64,000 nt of DNA, from NCBI GenBank assembly GCA_020848435.1, contig JADLAC010000009.1, forward strand, positions 89,765 to 153,764. Reading direction: 5' to 3'. Shown piece after piece: positions 10,035 through 19,176 of this stretch. Both the position numbers and the translations under genes were made by a program. This DNA is from Burkholderiales bacterium (GTDB lineage Bacteria; Pseudomonadota; Gammaproteobacteria; Burkholderiales; WYBJ01). Under the pieces are notes generated by a model, which worked only from the letters and a program-made list of their open reading frames with translations, made no database searches and was not told where the DNA came from. Every line of letters begins with the position of its first letter. Within the stretch, counting starts at the first letter, position 1.

Positions 10035-11550
10035 CTTGTTCCTCCATCGAGGGCTGTTGCGCTGCGTGCCGGCTGAGGTGCAGCTTCAGCTCGCCGCGCT
10101 CGATCTGGACGTGGTGCCAGGAGCGAGCGCGCATGAGCTCGCGCAGCAGGCCCACGACCGGCTGCCCGAAATCGTACGCGGTCTGCGTCGGACCCGCGGC
10201 CAGCATGTCGTCGACCTGGCTGCCGGCGTACATGTAGCGCAGCAGGCGCTCGTCGTCGCCCGCAGCGGGATATCTTCGCCGCAGCGCCGCCACGGCGGGC
10301 TCGCGCGGCGCCGGCGTCAACCCGATCTTGGATGAGCCCACCGCCACGATGCGATCGAGCACATCGGGGTCGACCGGCGCGAGCAGCTTCCCGTAGTAGC
10401 CGAGCGCGTATTTCTTGACTTCATCCGGCACGCTGCGGTAGCGCTCGCCCTGCACTACGTTCAGCACCGCCTGGGTGCCGACGAGCTGCGAGAAAGGGGT
10501 CACCATGACCGGCCAGCCCAGCTCCGCGCGCACCCGGCCGCACTCCGCCAGCACGTCCTGGAGCTTGTGCCCCAAGCCCGCCTGGTCGAGCTGCGCGCGC
10601 ATGTTGGAGAGCATCCCGCCGGGGATCTGGTGCAGGTAATGAAACGCGTCGTACTCGGCGGGCGTGCCGCACGGCTTGCGTTCCTGCTCCGCGACGCGCG
10701 CGAAATGCATGCTCACCTCGCCGATCAGCCGCTGGTCGAGCCCGATCTCGTAGCCTTGCGCGCGCAAGTTGCGCGCGATGGTCTGCACCGCCGGTTGCGC
10801 GGCGCCGTTGGCGAGCGGCGCGATGCAGGTGTGGAGCTGGTCGGCGCCCAGCCGAGCCGCTTCGAGATAGAGCAGCGGTGCGAGGCCGGTGAGCGCGTGC
10901 GAATGAAATTCGAGCGGGATCTCGCCGCAGACCGCCTTCAGGGCCGGGACTAACGTGCGCACGCGCTCCAGCGTGAGCAGCCCGCTCGCGTCCTTGAGCA
11001 TGACGGCGTCCACGCCCGCGCGCGCGATGAGCTCGCGCGTTTTCGCCACGTACATCGCGTCGGTGTGCACGGGGCTGATGCTGAACACGACCGCGCCGAT
11101 CGCGCGTGCGCCGAGCCGCTTGGCCAGCCGCAGGCTCTCGACGATGTTGTCCATGTCGTTGAGCGCATCGAACGCGCGCACGCTGCGGATGCCGTTCGCG
11201 ATCAGCCGCTCGATCCACAACGCGTTGATGTCATCGGGCAGGACGTCGAACGATAGTACGCTCTTGCTGCGCAGGTTCGCCTGCAGCGGGGTGTTGGTGA
11301 CCCGCGCGCGCATGAGCCGGATGCGCTCCCAGGGGTCTTCCTTCAGGTGGCGGATCGCGACGTCGAACTGCACGCCGCTCATGAGGTCGATGACTTCGAA
11401 ACCGGCGCGATCGAGCTTTTCCGCGATCGGCAGCATCATCGCCGTCGTCATGCGCGTCGCCCACAACGACTGGTGGCCGTCGCGCAGCGTCGTATCCATG
11501 AAGCGCATCACACGCCGCATGGCGCGTCCCGGCGACGCGGGCACACTCAT
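10024..11550 (-). CDS. 5S-type carboxyltransferase (pyruvate carboxylase subunit B / oxaloacetate decarboxylase alpha-like, HMGL-like TIM barrel) without a biotinyl domain
   Basis: FMDTTLRDGHQSL motif near the N-terminus. I saw no AMKM biotinylation motif in the C-terminal region. The start is ambiguous (Met 1, 11, 15 or 18). Confidence 0.8.
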   Translation of the reverse strand: MSVPASPGRAMRRVMRFMDTTLRDGHQSLWATRMTTAMMLPIAEKLDRAGFEVIDLMSGVQFDVAIRHLKEDPWERIRLMRARVTNTPLQANLRSKSVLSFDVLPDDINALWIERLIANGIRSVRAFDALNDMDNIVESLRLAKRLGARAIGAVVFSISPVHTDAMYVAKTRELIARAGVDAVMLKDASGLLTLERVRTLVPALKAVCGEIPLEFHSHALTGLAPLLYLEAARLGADQLHTCIAPLANGAAQPAVQTIARNLRAQGYEIGLDQRLIGEVSMHFARVAEQERKPCGTPAEYDAFHYLHQIPGGMLSNMRAQLDQAGLGHKLQDVLAECGRVRAELGWPVMVTPFSQLVGTQAVLNVVQGERYRSVPDEVKKYALGYYGKLLAPVDPDVLDRIVAVGSSKIGLTPAPREPAVAALRRRYPAAGDDERLLRYMYAGSQVDDMLAAGPTQTAYDFGQPVVGLLRELMRARSWHHVQIERGELKLHLSRHAAQQPSMEEQGGV

Positions 11551-11623
11551 ACCTGGTTAGCTGCGCGGCGCGCCTCGCAGCCGATGCTGCTCGCGAGCCA
11601 GCGACCGAATTGCCGCCGCGCCA

Positions 11624-12592
11624 TCATTCCGGCCGCAGATTCGCCTGGCGCGCGATCCGTGCCCACTTCACGACGTCGCTCTTGAGCACCGCCGCGAGCT
11701 CTTCGGGCGTGCCCGCGACCCCCTCGGCGCCGAGCGCCGCGAGCTGCTCGCGCATCGCCACATCCTTCACGGCGGCGGAGACTTCTCGCTGCAGCCGCCG
11801 GATGATTTCGGCGGGTGTGCCCGCGGGCGCGAACATCGCCGACCACGAGCCCAGCTCGAAGCCGGGGAGCGTCTCGGCGATGGTAGCCACATCCGGCATG
11901 AGCGGCGAGCGTTTCGCCGATCCGATGCCCAGGCCGCGCAGCCGGCCGCTGCGGATATGCGGTGTCGCCGCCGCGGTGGATTCCCACGACATGGTGATGT
12001 TGCCGGCAAGGAGATCCACGGTCGCCGGCGCGAGGCCTTTGTAAGGCACGTGCACGGCCGTGATGCCGGCCATCGCGTTGAAGAGCTCGAACCCCAGGTG
12101 CGCCGAGCCGCCAGTGCCCGAAGAACCGAAGGTGAGCTGGCCCGGGCGCGCTTTCGCCAGCGCGATCAGCGCTTTCACGCTTTTCACTTGCAGCGACGGA
12201 TGCACGACCAGCACGAACGGCGCGTCGGCGACGAGCGAAATCGGCGCGAAATCCCGCACCGGGTCGTAGGGCAGCTTCTTGTACATCACCGGATTGGTCG
12301 CGTGGGTCGTGGTCGTGGCCATGAGCAGCGTGTAGCCGTCGGGCGCGGCGCGCGCGACCAGCTCGCAACCGATCATGCCGGTCGCTCCGGGGCGATTTTC
12401 GACCACGAACTGCTGGCCCATCAGCTCGGTGAGCTTGCGGCCGAACAGCCGTGTCGTGATGTCGGCGACACCGCCGGCGGGCCAGGGCACGATGAAGCGC
12501 ACGGGCCTGGTAGGATAGGACTGCGCCCACGCGCCGCCGCCCGGCAGCGCGAGCGCAAGCAATGCCAAGCCACCGAGGGTTCGAGTCCGCAT
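11624..12592 (-). CDS. Bug-family (TctC-like) tripartite tricarboxylate transporter solute-binding protein
   Basis: The start was trimmed to MRTRTLGGLALLALALP. The family signature is YPTRPVRFIVPWPAGGVADITTR...ENRPGATG. Confidence 0.85.
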   Translation of the reverse strand: MRTRTLGGLALLALALPGGGAWAQSYPTRPVRFIVPWPAGGVADITTRLFGRKLTELMGQQFVVENRPGATGMIGCELVARAAPDGYTLLMATTTTHATNPVMYKKLPYDPVRDFAPISLVADAPFVLVVHPSLQVKSVKALIALAKARPGQLTFGSSGTGGSAHLGFELFNAMAGITAVHVPYKGLAPATVDLLAGNITMSWESTAAATPHIRSGRLRGLGIGSAKRSPLMPDVATIAETLPGFELGSWSAMFAPAGTPAEIIRRLQREVSAAVKDVAMREQLAALGAEGVAGTPEELAAVLKSDVVKWARIARQANLRPE

Positions 12593-12658
12593 AGTTGGAT
12601 TCCGATCGCGTTCGACAGACGCGCTCGATGTTAACACCGCGAAGAAACCGAGGCCGTG

Positions 12659-13648
12659 TCAGTCCACGGTGATGTTCGCGTCCTTGATGATCTTCGCCCA
12701 GCGCAGCGTTTCGTCGCGGATGAACTTGGCGAACTCACTCGTCGATTCGCTGGCGCCGGGCTCGAGGCCGCCCCCGCGCATACGCTTGACCGCTTCGGCA
12801 TCCCGGATCGCCTGGTTGACTTCGGCCAGCAACTTCGCGACCACGGCAGAGGGCGTTCTTGCCGGTGCGAACAGGCCGGTCCAGTTGCTGACGTTGAAGC
12901 CGGGGACGGTTTCGGCCACGCTCGGCAGATCCGGCAGCAGCGGCTGGCGCTGCGGCGTGGTCACGGCGAGCACGCGCAAGCGGCCGGACTTGAAGTGCGG
13001 CAGCGCGACGATGTAGGTCGGAAACATCATCTGCAGATCGCCGGCGATGAGATCGATCAAGGCGGGGCCGCCGCCCTTGTACGGCACGTGCAGCATGCGC
13101 AGGCCCGTCAGGCGCGAGAACAGCTCGCCCGAGAGATGGTCCGGCTGGCCCACGCCCGAGCTGCCGAATCGAATGTCCTTGCCGTGCGCCTTCGCCCAGG
13201 CGATGAGATCGCGTACGCTGCCGGCGTTGGCCGACGGGTGCGCGACCGCGACGTTGATGATCTCCGCGAAGCGCGTGATCGCCATCAGGTCGCGCTCGAC
13301 ATCGTAGTGAAGCTTCTTGTACAGCGACGGGCTGATGGTGATCGCACCCGACACGGCGGCGAACAGCGTGTAGCCGTCCGGTTCGGCCCGCGCGAGCATT
13401 TCGGCCGCCAGCCTGCCGCCGGCGCCGGGGCGATTGTCGATCACCACCGGCTGGCCCGTCTGCGCCGTGAGTCTTTCACCCACGGTGCGCGCTGCGAGAT
13501 CGGCCGCGCCGCCGGCCGGAAACGGTACCAACAACCGGATCGGCCGATTCGGATACGGCGTTTGCGCGTACGCGCCAGGCGCGTACCAGGGCGCCAGCAG
13601 CGCGACGCAAGAGATGAAGCGCACAAGCTTGCGCACCCGCATCGACAT
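12659..13648 (-). CDS. Bug-family (TctC-like) solute-binding protein
   Basis: The start was trimmed to MSMRVRK at 13648 (GGAGGAGG upstream). Signature: YPNRPIRLLVPFPAGGAADL...DNRPGAGG. Confidence 0.85.
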   Translation of the reverse strand: MSMRVRKLVRFISCVALLAPWYAPGAYAQTPYPNRPIRLLVPFPAGGAADLAARTVGERLTAQTGQPVVIDNRPGAGGRLAAEMLARAEPDGYTLFAAVSGAITISPSLYKKLHYDVERDLMAITRFAEIINVAVAHPSANAGSVRDLIAWAKAHGKDIRFGSSGVGQPDHLSGELFSRLTGLRMLHVPYKGGGPALIDLIAGDLQMMFPTYIVALPHFKSGRLRVLAVTTPQRQPLLPDLPSVAETVPGFNVSNWTGLFAPARTPSAVVAKLLAEVNQAIRDAEAVKRMRGGGLEPGASESTSEFAKFIRDETLRWAKIIKDANITVD

Positions 13649-13707
13649 AGCCTCCTCCCAGGCGCCATCGGGCCGGGCTCGAACGCGGCCCCAGCCCGAT
13701 GAAGCTT

Positions 13708-14976
13708 TCAACAAGTACCCGCCACGAGAATCCGGTCGCGCGGGAACGAGTCGAGCATCTCGTAGCCCTTGTCCGTCACGACCACCATGTTCTCGAGCCG
13801 CACACCGCCCACGCGATGCTCGCCGTCCATGCTCTCGAGGGCGATCACCATCCCCGGCTCGAACACCTGCGGGTGGTCGAACGAGCAATGGCGGCTCACG
13901 ATCGGCGGATCGTACAGCTCGTGCAAGCCGATGCCGTGGGCGAACTCGATCGTGAACACGGTCGCCTCGTCTTCGTAACCCCAGGTCCTGGCCGGCGGGA
14001 AATACTTAGCGGCATCCGCGGTCGTGTTGCCGGGGCGGATCGCATCGGCCACGCTGTCGAGTCGATCGCGCAGGCGGTTGTACATTCCGACTTCCTTGTC
14101 GTTCGGCTGCCGGCCCACGACGAACGTTCGGTACAGACAGGCGGAGTAGCCGAGGAACTGCGTCCTGCACATGTTCACGTAGAGCAGCTCGCCGTGCTCG
14201 ATGATACGCCCGGTGGAGTAGAACGCGCGCTCGAAGGACATCGGACCACTGCGGGTCGCGACCCAGATGGCGTCGGCGCCGAGGTCGTAGAGCGCATTGA
14301 TCGCGATGCGGTTCGCGTCGATGTCGGTGATGCCGGGTCGCAGGTTCTCGTGCAGGCGCTGGTACGCGGCGCCGCACATCGACGCCACCATCCGAAAGCA
14401 GGTGATCTCGTCCTGCGTCTTGATGGTGCGCATTTCCATCATGATGGGCCAGCCTTCGACCACCGTCAGGCCTTCTTTCCTCAGCGCTTCCTGGCCCAGC
14501 CCGTCGATCGCGATGGTGGCGATCTTCTCATCCGTGAGGCCGCGCTCGGCCAGCTCCGCCCTGATCTCGGTTGCGAACTTCTTCGTCTCGTCCGCAGTCG
14601 CGCCGGGTCCCGCAATGCCGGCGAACCACGCGCGTGCACAGCGCCAGTGCTTGATCCAGGGTGCGTCTTCCGGCATTTGCTGATACCAGCCGGCGTGGGC
14701 GAACACCACCGGATCGGGGTCTTCGGCGAAGAACAGCACATACGTCGTCTGGTGCAGCGGCGCCACCCGCAGGCCGGTCAGGTAGCGCACGCTCGGCGGC
14801 TCGCTCGCGATCAATGCCGCAATGCCGTGCTTGCGCATGATCTTGCGCGCGCGCGCGGCGCGCTCCTCGCGCAGCCGTATGACGTTGATGCCTTCCTGCC
14901 AATCGCGGACGCCGGTGCCGAACGACAGCTTCGGCGTCATCGGAATGACCTTGGGTGTGCTCTCGGCGGTATCCAT
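13708..14976 (-). CDS. M24-family metallohydrolase (creatinase / Xaa-Pro peptidase fold)
   Basis: 422 aa. It has a creatinase-like N-domain and a C-terminal pita-bread region with H/E/D metal-ligand context (FAHGIGLHELYDPP, ALESMDGE). Confidence 0.7.
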   Translation of the reverse strand: MDTAESTPKVIPMTPKLSFGTGVRDWQEGINVIRLREERAARARKIMRKHGIAALIASEPPSVRYLTGLRVAPLHQTTYVLFFAEDPDPVVFAHAGWYQQMPEDAPWIKHWRCARAWFAGIAGPGATADETKKFATEIRAELAERGLTDEKIATIAIDGLGQEALRKEGLTVVEGWPIMMEMRTIKTQDEITCFRMVASMCGAAYQRLHENLRPGITDIDANRIAINALYDLGADAIWVATRSGPMSFERAFYSTGRIIEHGELLYVNMCRTQFLGYSACLYRTFVVGRQPNDKEVGMYNRLRDRLDSVADAIRPGNTTADAAKYFPPARTWGYEDEATVFTIEFAHGIGLHELYDPPIVSRHCSFDHPQVFEPGMVIALESMDGEHRVGGVRLENMVVVTDKGYEMLDSFPRDRILVAGTC

Positions 14977-15011
14977 CTCGTGCTGACTCCTTGCTGGGTT
15001 GTTGAGTCACG

Positions 15012-15974
15012 CTAATCCAGGCGAATGCCCGAGGCGCGTGCGACCTTGGACCACTTGGCGATGTCGCGCTCCACTTGAGCGGCGAACTGCTCAGGCGTGT
15101 TGCCGATGGCATCCGCGCCTTCGACCACCAACCGTTGTTGAATTTCCGCTGATTGCAGCATGCGAACGAGCTCGGCGTTCAGCTTGCCGATGACGGCGGA
15201 CGGCGTGCCCGCCGGCGCGAACACCCCGTACCACGAGCCCGCCTCCACCGCCGGCAAGCCTCCCTCGGCGAACGTCGGCACCTCCGGCAAGCCCTTCGTC
15301 CGAATCGAAGAGGCGATGGCGATCGGACGCAGCCGATGAGCTTTCACCTGCGGAATCACCGCCGGCAGGCTGTTGAACATCATCGAGACCTGCCCGCCCA
15401 TGAGATCCGCCATGGCGGGCGCGCCGCCGCGGTATGGGACGTGCACGATGTCGATCGCCGCCGCCGACTTGAACAGCTCGCCGGCGAGATGCGCGGAGCT
15501 GCCGTTGCCGAACGAGGCATACGTCGCCTGCGCCGGGTTGCGCTTCGCCAGCGCGACCACGTCTTTCACCGAAACGGCCGGCAGCGAGGGATGCACCACC
15601 AGCATGAAAGGCGTGTCGACGAAGTTCGTGAGCGGCGCGAAGTCCTTCACCGGGTCGTACGGCAGCTTAGCGAACACGACGGGATTGGTGGTGTGGGTGC
15701 CGGTCGTGCCCAGGAGCAGCGTGTAGCCGTCAGCTGCAGCCTTGGCCGAAGCTTCGGTGCCGATGATTCCGGAGGCGCCGCTGCGGTTGTCGACGATGAC
15801 GTTGTGGCCCCACGCCTGCGCGAGCTTTTGCCCGATCAGCCGTGCCCACAGGTCGGCGCCGCCACCGGCGGGAAAGGGCACGATGATGCGAATGGGCTTC
15901 GCCGGATACGTCTGCGCGAGCGCGGCACCCGCGCACAACAGCATAGCCACCGCGACGATGACACGTTGGGTCAT
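15012..15974 (-). CDS. Bug-family (TctC-like) solute-binding protein
   Basis: Signal peptide plus YPAKPIRIIVPFPAGGGADL...DNRSGASG. A strong GGGAGGAGG RBS lies upstream. Confidence 0.85.
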   Translation of the reverse strand: MTQRVIVAVAMLLCAGAALAQTYPAKPIRIIVPFPAGGGADLWARLIGQKLAQAWGHNVIVDNRSGASGIIGTEASAKAAADGYTLLLGTTGTHTTNPVVFAKLPYDPVKDFAPLTNFVDTPFMLVVHPSLPAVSVKDVVALAKRNPAQATYASFGNGSSAHLAGELFKSAAAIDIVHVPYRGGAPAMADLMGGQVSMMFNSLPAVIPQVKAHRLRPIAIASSIRTKGLPEVPTFAEGGLPAVEAGSWYGVFAPAGTPSAVIGKLNAELVRMLQSAEIQQRLVVEGADAIGNTPEQFAAQVERDIAKWSKVARASGIRLD

Positions 15975-16071
15975 GTCCCCTCCTCCCAGATCGCAACTCT
16001 CTGGTGCACGTTACGCCGCGGCCACCCATAGATCAAATGCTTTGTTCTTATTACACTGATCGACACCATCG

Positions 16072-17007
16072 ATGGATACCGCCACCATGGAACTTCGCCA
16101 TCTGCGCTATTTCCTCGCCGTCGCTGACACGCTCAGCTTCACGCGCGCGGCAAACCAACTGCACGTGAGCCAGCCGACGCTCTCGCACCAGATCGCGCAG
16201 CTCGAAGCGGAGATCGGCAGCACGCTGTTCGATCGCATCGGGCGCAGGGTGCACCTGACCCAGTCCGGCGAGACTTTGCGCGCTTACGCGCAGCGGGCGC
16301 TGAAGGAAGTGCACTCCGCGACCACCGCGATCTCCGAGCTCGAAGGATTGATGCAGGGACGCCTCACCATCGGCGTATTCGAATCGTTCAGCAGCTCGCT
16401 GCTGCCGCCGCTGCTCGCGCAGTTCGCCGAGCGCTACCCCGGCATCCACATCGCGATGCGCCAGCTTCCAACCGGCCAACTGGAGGGTGAGCTCGAAAAA
16501 GGAATCCTCGATGCCGGTGTCGCCTATGCGCCGCCGGCGAGCGAGGGCGTCATCGCGGAGAAGCTGTTCGAGGAGCGGCTCACCCTGGTGGTCGGCCCCA
16601 AGCATCCGTTCGCGCGTAGAAGTAGAATCAACCTGTCCGCGCTCGATGGCCAGCCGCTGACGCTGCTCACGACCGAGTTTCCGTCACGGCGCATGCTCGA
16701 AGCCCGCTTTGCGAGCGCCGGCGCTAAGCCACGCATCGTGCTGGAAATCAACTCGATCCAAGCTATCCTCGCGACCGTGAGCTGCACCCAGCTCGCCACC
16801 ATACTGACGGAAAGAATGGCCAAAGCCGTACCGGGTCTGCACTGCATCGAGCTCGCGCCGGCGATCACGCGCACCGTTGCGCTGTTCTGGCGCCGCGGCG
16901 GTTATCGCACCAAGGCGGCGCGGGCGCTCGCCGAGCTCATCCAGCAGTCCTATGGCGGCGCGGCGCCGGCGAAAGCCAAGACGACCCCGGGCGGGGAGCG
17001 TTCGTGA
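16072..17007 (+). CDS. LysR-family transcriptional regulator
   Basis: N-terminal HTH: MELRHLRYFLAVADTLSFTRAANQLHVSQPTLSHQIAQLE. It is divergent from the Bug/M24/carboxyltransferase genes. Confidence 0.9.
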   Translation: MDTATMELRHLRYFLAVADTLSFTRAANQLHVSQPTLSHQIAQLEAEIGSTLFDRIGRRVHLTQSGETLRAYAQRALKEVHSATTAISELEGLMQGRLTIGVFESFSSSLLPPLLAQFAERYPGIHIAMRQLPTGQLEGELEKGILDAGVAYAPPASEGVIAEKLFEERLTLVVGPKHPFARRSRINLSALDGQPLTLLTTEFPSRRMLEARFASAGAKPRIVLEINSIQAILATVSCTQLATILTERMAKAVPGLHCIELAPAITRTVALFWRRGGYRTKAARALAELIQQSYGGAAPAKAKTTPGGERS

Positions 17008-18095
17008 CCACGGTCGCCGTCCTCGGTGCCGGCCCGATCGGGCGTATGACCGCGGCCTTTCTTGCGTCCCAGGGCCACGCGGCGGCCATCTGGTCGCCTT
17101 CGGGCCAAGGCAGCGCGCCGCTTGCCGCGCGCTCCAACCTCCGCGGGCGCGGCGTCATCGAGTACACGGGCGCGCTTCGCGGCCGCGCCGAGGTTGCCGT
17201 TCTGGATGTGGCCGAGGCGGTAGCCGATTACGAGGTGATCGTCGTCGCGCTGCCCGGCCATGCCTATGCCGGCGTCCTGCCCGCCATCCTCGAGCACGTC
17301 GGCGCGGATCACGTCGTGATCGCGAGCGGCGCGCTGTCGCTGCTGGCGTTGTGGATCCACGAACGTGCGGGCGCAGGCACGGCGCGCCCTACCGTGGTGA
17401 GCTGGGGCACGACGCTCGGCACGGCGCGGCGCGTCGACGACGCGGACGTGGAGATCAACACCCTGCGGTCGAGCTTCGAGCTAGCGGCGATTCCCGCGGC
17501 CCGCGGGGAAAGCGCGCTCAGGCTGTGCGAGTCGCTCTTTGGTGCGCGCTTTCGGCTGGTGCCCAACGTCTTGACGACGGCGCTCTCGAACATCAATCCG
17601 GTGGCGCATGCGGCCGAAGCGCTGCCGAATCTCACGCGCATGGAACGCGCTGAGCATTGGTTTCTGTTCGACTGCCTGACCCCTGCCGCGGCCCGCATCG
17701 CGGAGGCGATCGATCGCGAGCGCCTCGCGATTGCACGCGCTTACGGACTCGAGGTGCGTTCGCTCGAAGAGCACTATCACTTGTCCTATCACGTGCCGCG
17801 CGGCTCGGTCGCCGAGATCGCCGCGGCGATTCATGCCCGTGACGGCGCGCCGCCGGGACCGAAAACGCTCGAGCATCGCTACCTGCTCGAGGACATGCCC
17901 TATGGGCTGGTGTTCTACGAGGCCTTGGCGCGGCTCGCCGGCGTGGCGGTGCCGGTCATGTCGGCGGCGATCACGTTCGCCGGCGCGGCCTACGCGCGCG
18001 ATTTCCGGTGCGAGAATTCGTTGCTCGCCGATCTCGCCCTGGATCGCCTGACCCCCGCCGCGTTGCTCGCTCGCTGCGGCGGAGCTCGCGATTGA
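17004..18095 (+). CDS. NAD(P)-dependent opine (octopine/nopaline) dehydrogenase-family protein
   Basis: The GTG start overlaps the LysR stop (GTGA). Rossmann motif VAVLGAGPIG. The C-terminal region resembles opine DH (NINPVAH...LPNL...RIAEAIDRERLAIARAYG). Confidence 0.7.
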   Translation: MTTVAVLGAGPIGRMTAAFLASQGHAAAIWSPSGQGSAPLAARSNLRGRGVIEYTGALRGRAEVAVLDVAEAVADYEVIVVALPGHAYAGVLPAILEHVGADHVVIASGALSLLALWIHERAGAGTARPTVVSWGTTLGTARRVDDADVEINTLRSSFELAAIPAARGESALRLCESLFGARFRLVPNVLTTALSNINPVAHAAEALPNLTRMERAEHWFLFDCLTPAAARIAEAIDRERLAIARAYGLEVRSLEEHYHLSYHVPRGSVAEIAAAIHARDGAPPGPKTLEHRYLLEDMPYGLVFYEALARLAGVAVPVMSAAITFAGAAYARDFRCENSLLADLALDRLTPAALLARCGGARD

Positions 18096-18189
18096 CCATA
18101 GTCCGGGCCGGCGATACAGTGCGGTAAGAAAAACGGGACCGGGGTCGGGACCGGGGTGGAAGAAGCTCTGAATCCTGTCGGCAAGCTCA

Positions 18190-19173
18190 ATGGGAGGGGT
18201 CGTGAAGAACTTGGCGCGATGTGTGCTGCTCGGAGTTGCGATTTCCGCCGCGCCTGCGGGACTCGCACAGTCGTTTCCGGTCAAGGGCAAAGCCATACGC
18301 ATCATCGTGCCGTATGCACCGGGCGGGGTCGCGGATCTCTTGAGCCGGATCGTGGGCCAGCGGCTGGGGCCGTTGTACGGCGCGCAGATCGTCATCGACA
18401 ACCGCCCCGGCGCGGGCGGCCACGTCGGCGGTGAGCTGACTGCGAAGTCGGCGCCCGACGGTTATACCATCATGCTCGGCACGACGACCCACAACGCGGC
18501 CTACGCGATGTACTCGAAGCTCGCCTACAGCCCGCCGAGAGACCTGCAACCGATCGTGTTGCTCGCCGAGTCGCAGGGGGTGCTGCTCGTGCACCCGTCG
18601 CTGCCGGTGAAGACGGTCAAGGAGTTTCTCGCGCTCGCCCGCGCGCGTCCTGGCGAGCTCAATTACGCGTCGGCCGGCCCCGGCTCGGCCACCCATCTCA
18701 TGGCGGAGTTGCTGAAGATGGTCGGCGATATCAAGCTGACGCACATCGCGTACAAGGGCAGCGGCCCCGCGATGATCGATCTCATGTCCGGTCACGTTGA
18801 AACGATGGTCGAGAACGTGTCCACGGCCGCGCCGCACGTCAAGGCCGGCAAGGTGCGCGCGCTCGGTGTGACCAGCCGCAAGCGCGACCACAACCTGCCG
18901 GAGGTGCCCACGATCGCGCAGTCGGGCCTGCCGGCGTACGAGGCGGTACCCTATTACACGATGTCCACCGCGGCCAAGGTGCCGCAAGAGATCGTGAGCA
19001 AGTTGAACGGCGACATCGACGCGATCGTGCGCCATCCCGATCTTGCCACGCGCTGGAGCGAGCTCGGCATCACGCCGCTCGGCGGCTCGGCCGAAGCCGC
19101 GGTGAAACGTAACGCCATCGAGACCGCGACCTGGACCAAGGTCATCAAGACCGCCGGCATCCGGGCCGACTGA
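18190..19173 (+). CDS. Bug-family (TctC-like) solute-binding protein
   Basis: Signature: FPVKGKAIRIIVPYAPGGVADL...DNRPGAGG. Confidence 0.85.
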   Translation: MGGVVKNLARCVLLGVAISAAPAGLAQSFPVKGKAIRIIVPYAPGGVADLLSRIVGQRLGPLYGAQIVIDNRPGAGGHVGGELTAKSAPDGYTIMLGTTTHNAAYAMYSKLAYSPPRDLQPIVLLAESQGVLLVHPSLPVKTVKEFLALARARPGELNYASAGPGSATHLMAELLKMVGDIKLTHIAYKGSGPAMIDLMSGHVETMVENVSTAAPHVKAGKVRALGVTSRKRDHNLPEVPTIAQSGLPAYEAVPYYTMSTAAKVPQEIVSKLNGDIDAIVRHPDLATRWSELGITPLGGSAEAAVKRNAIETATWTKVIKTAGIRAD

Positions 19174-19176
19174 TCG

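Noticed and set aside
15975-16071. Possible LysR T-N11-A operator in the divergent region between the Bug gene and the LysR gene.
   Set aside because: Several AT-rich stretches and an ATCGA...ATCGAT direct repeat are present. I could not identify a convincing interrupted palindrome, so no site is called.
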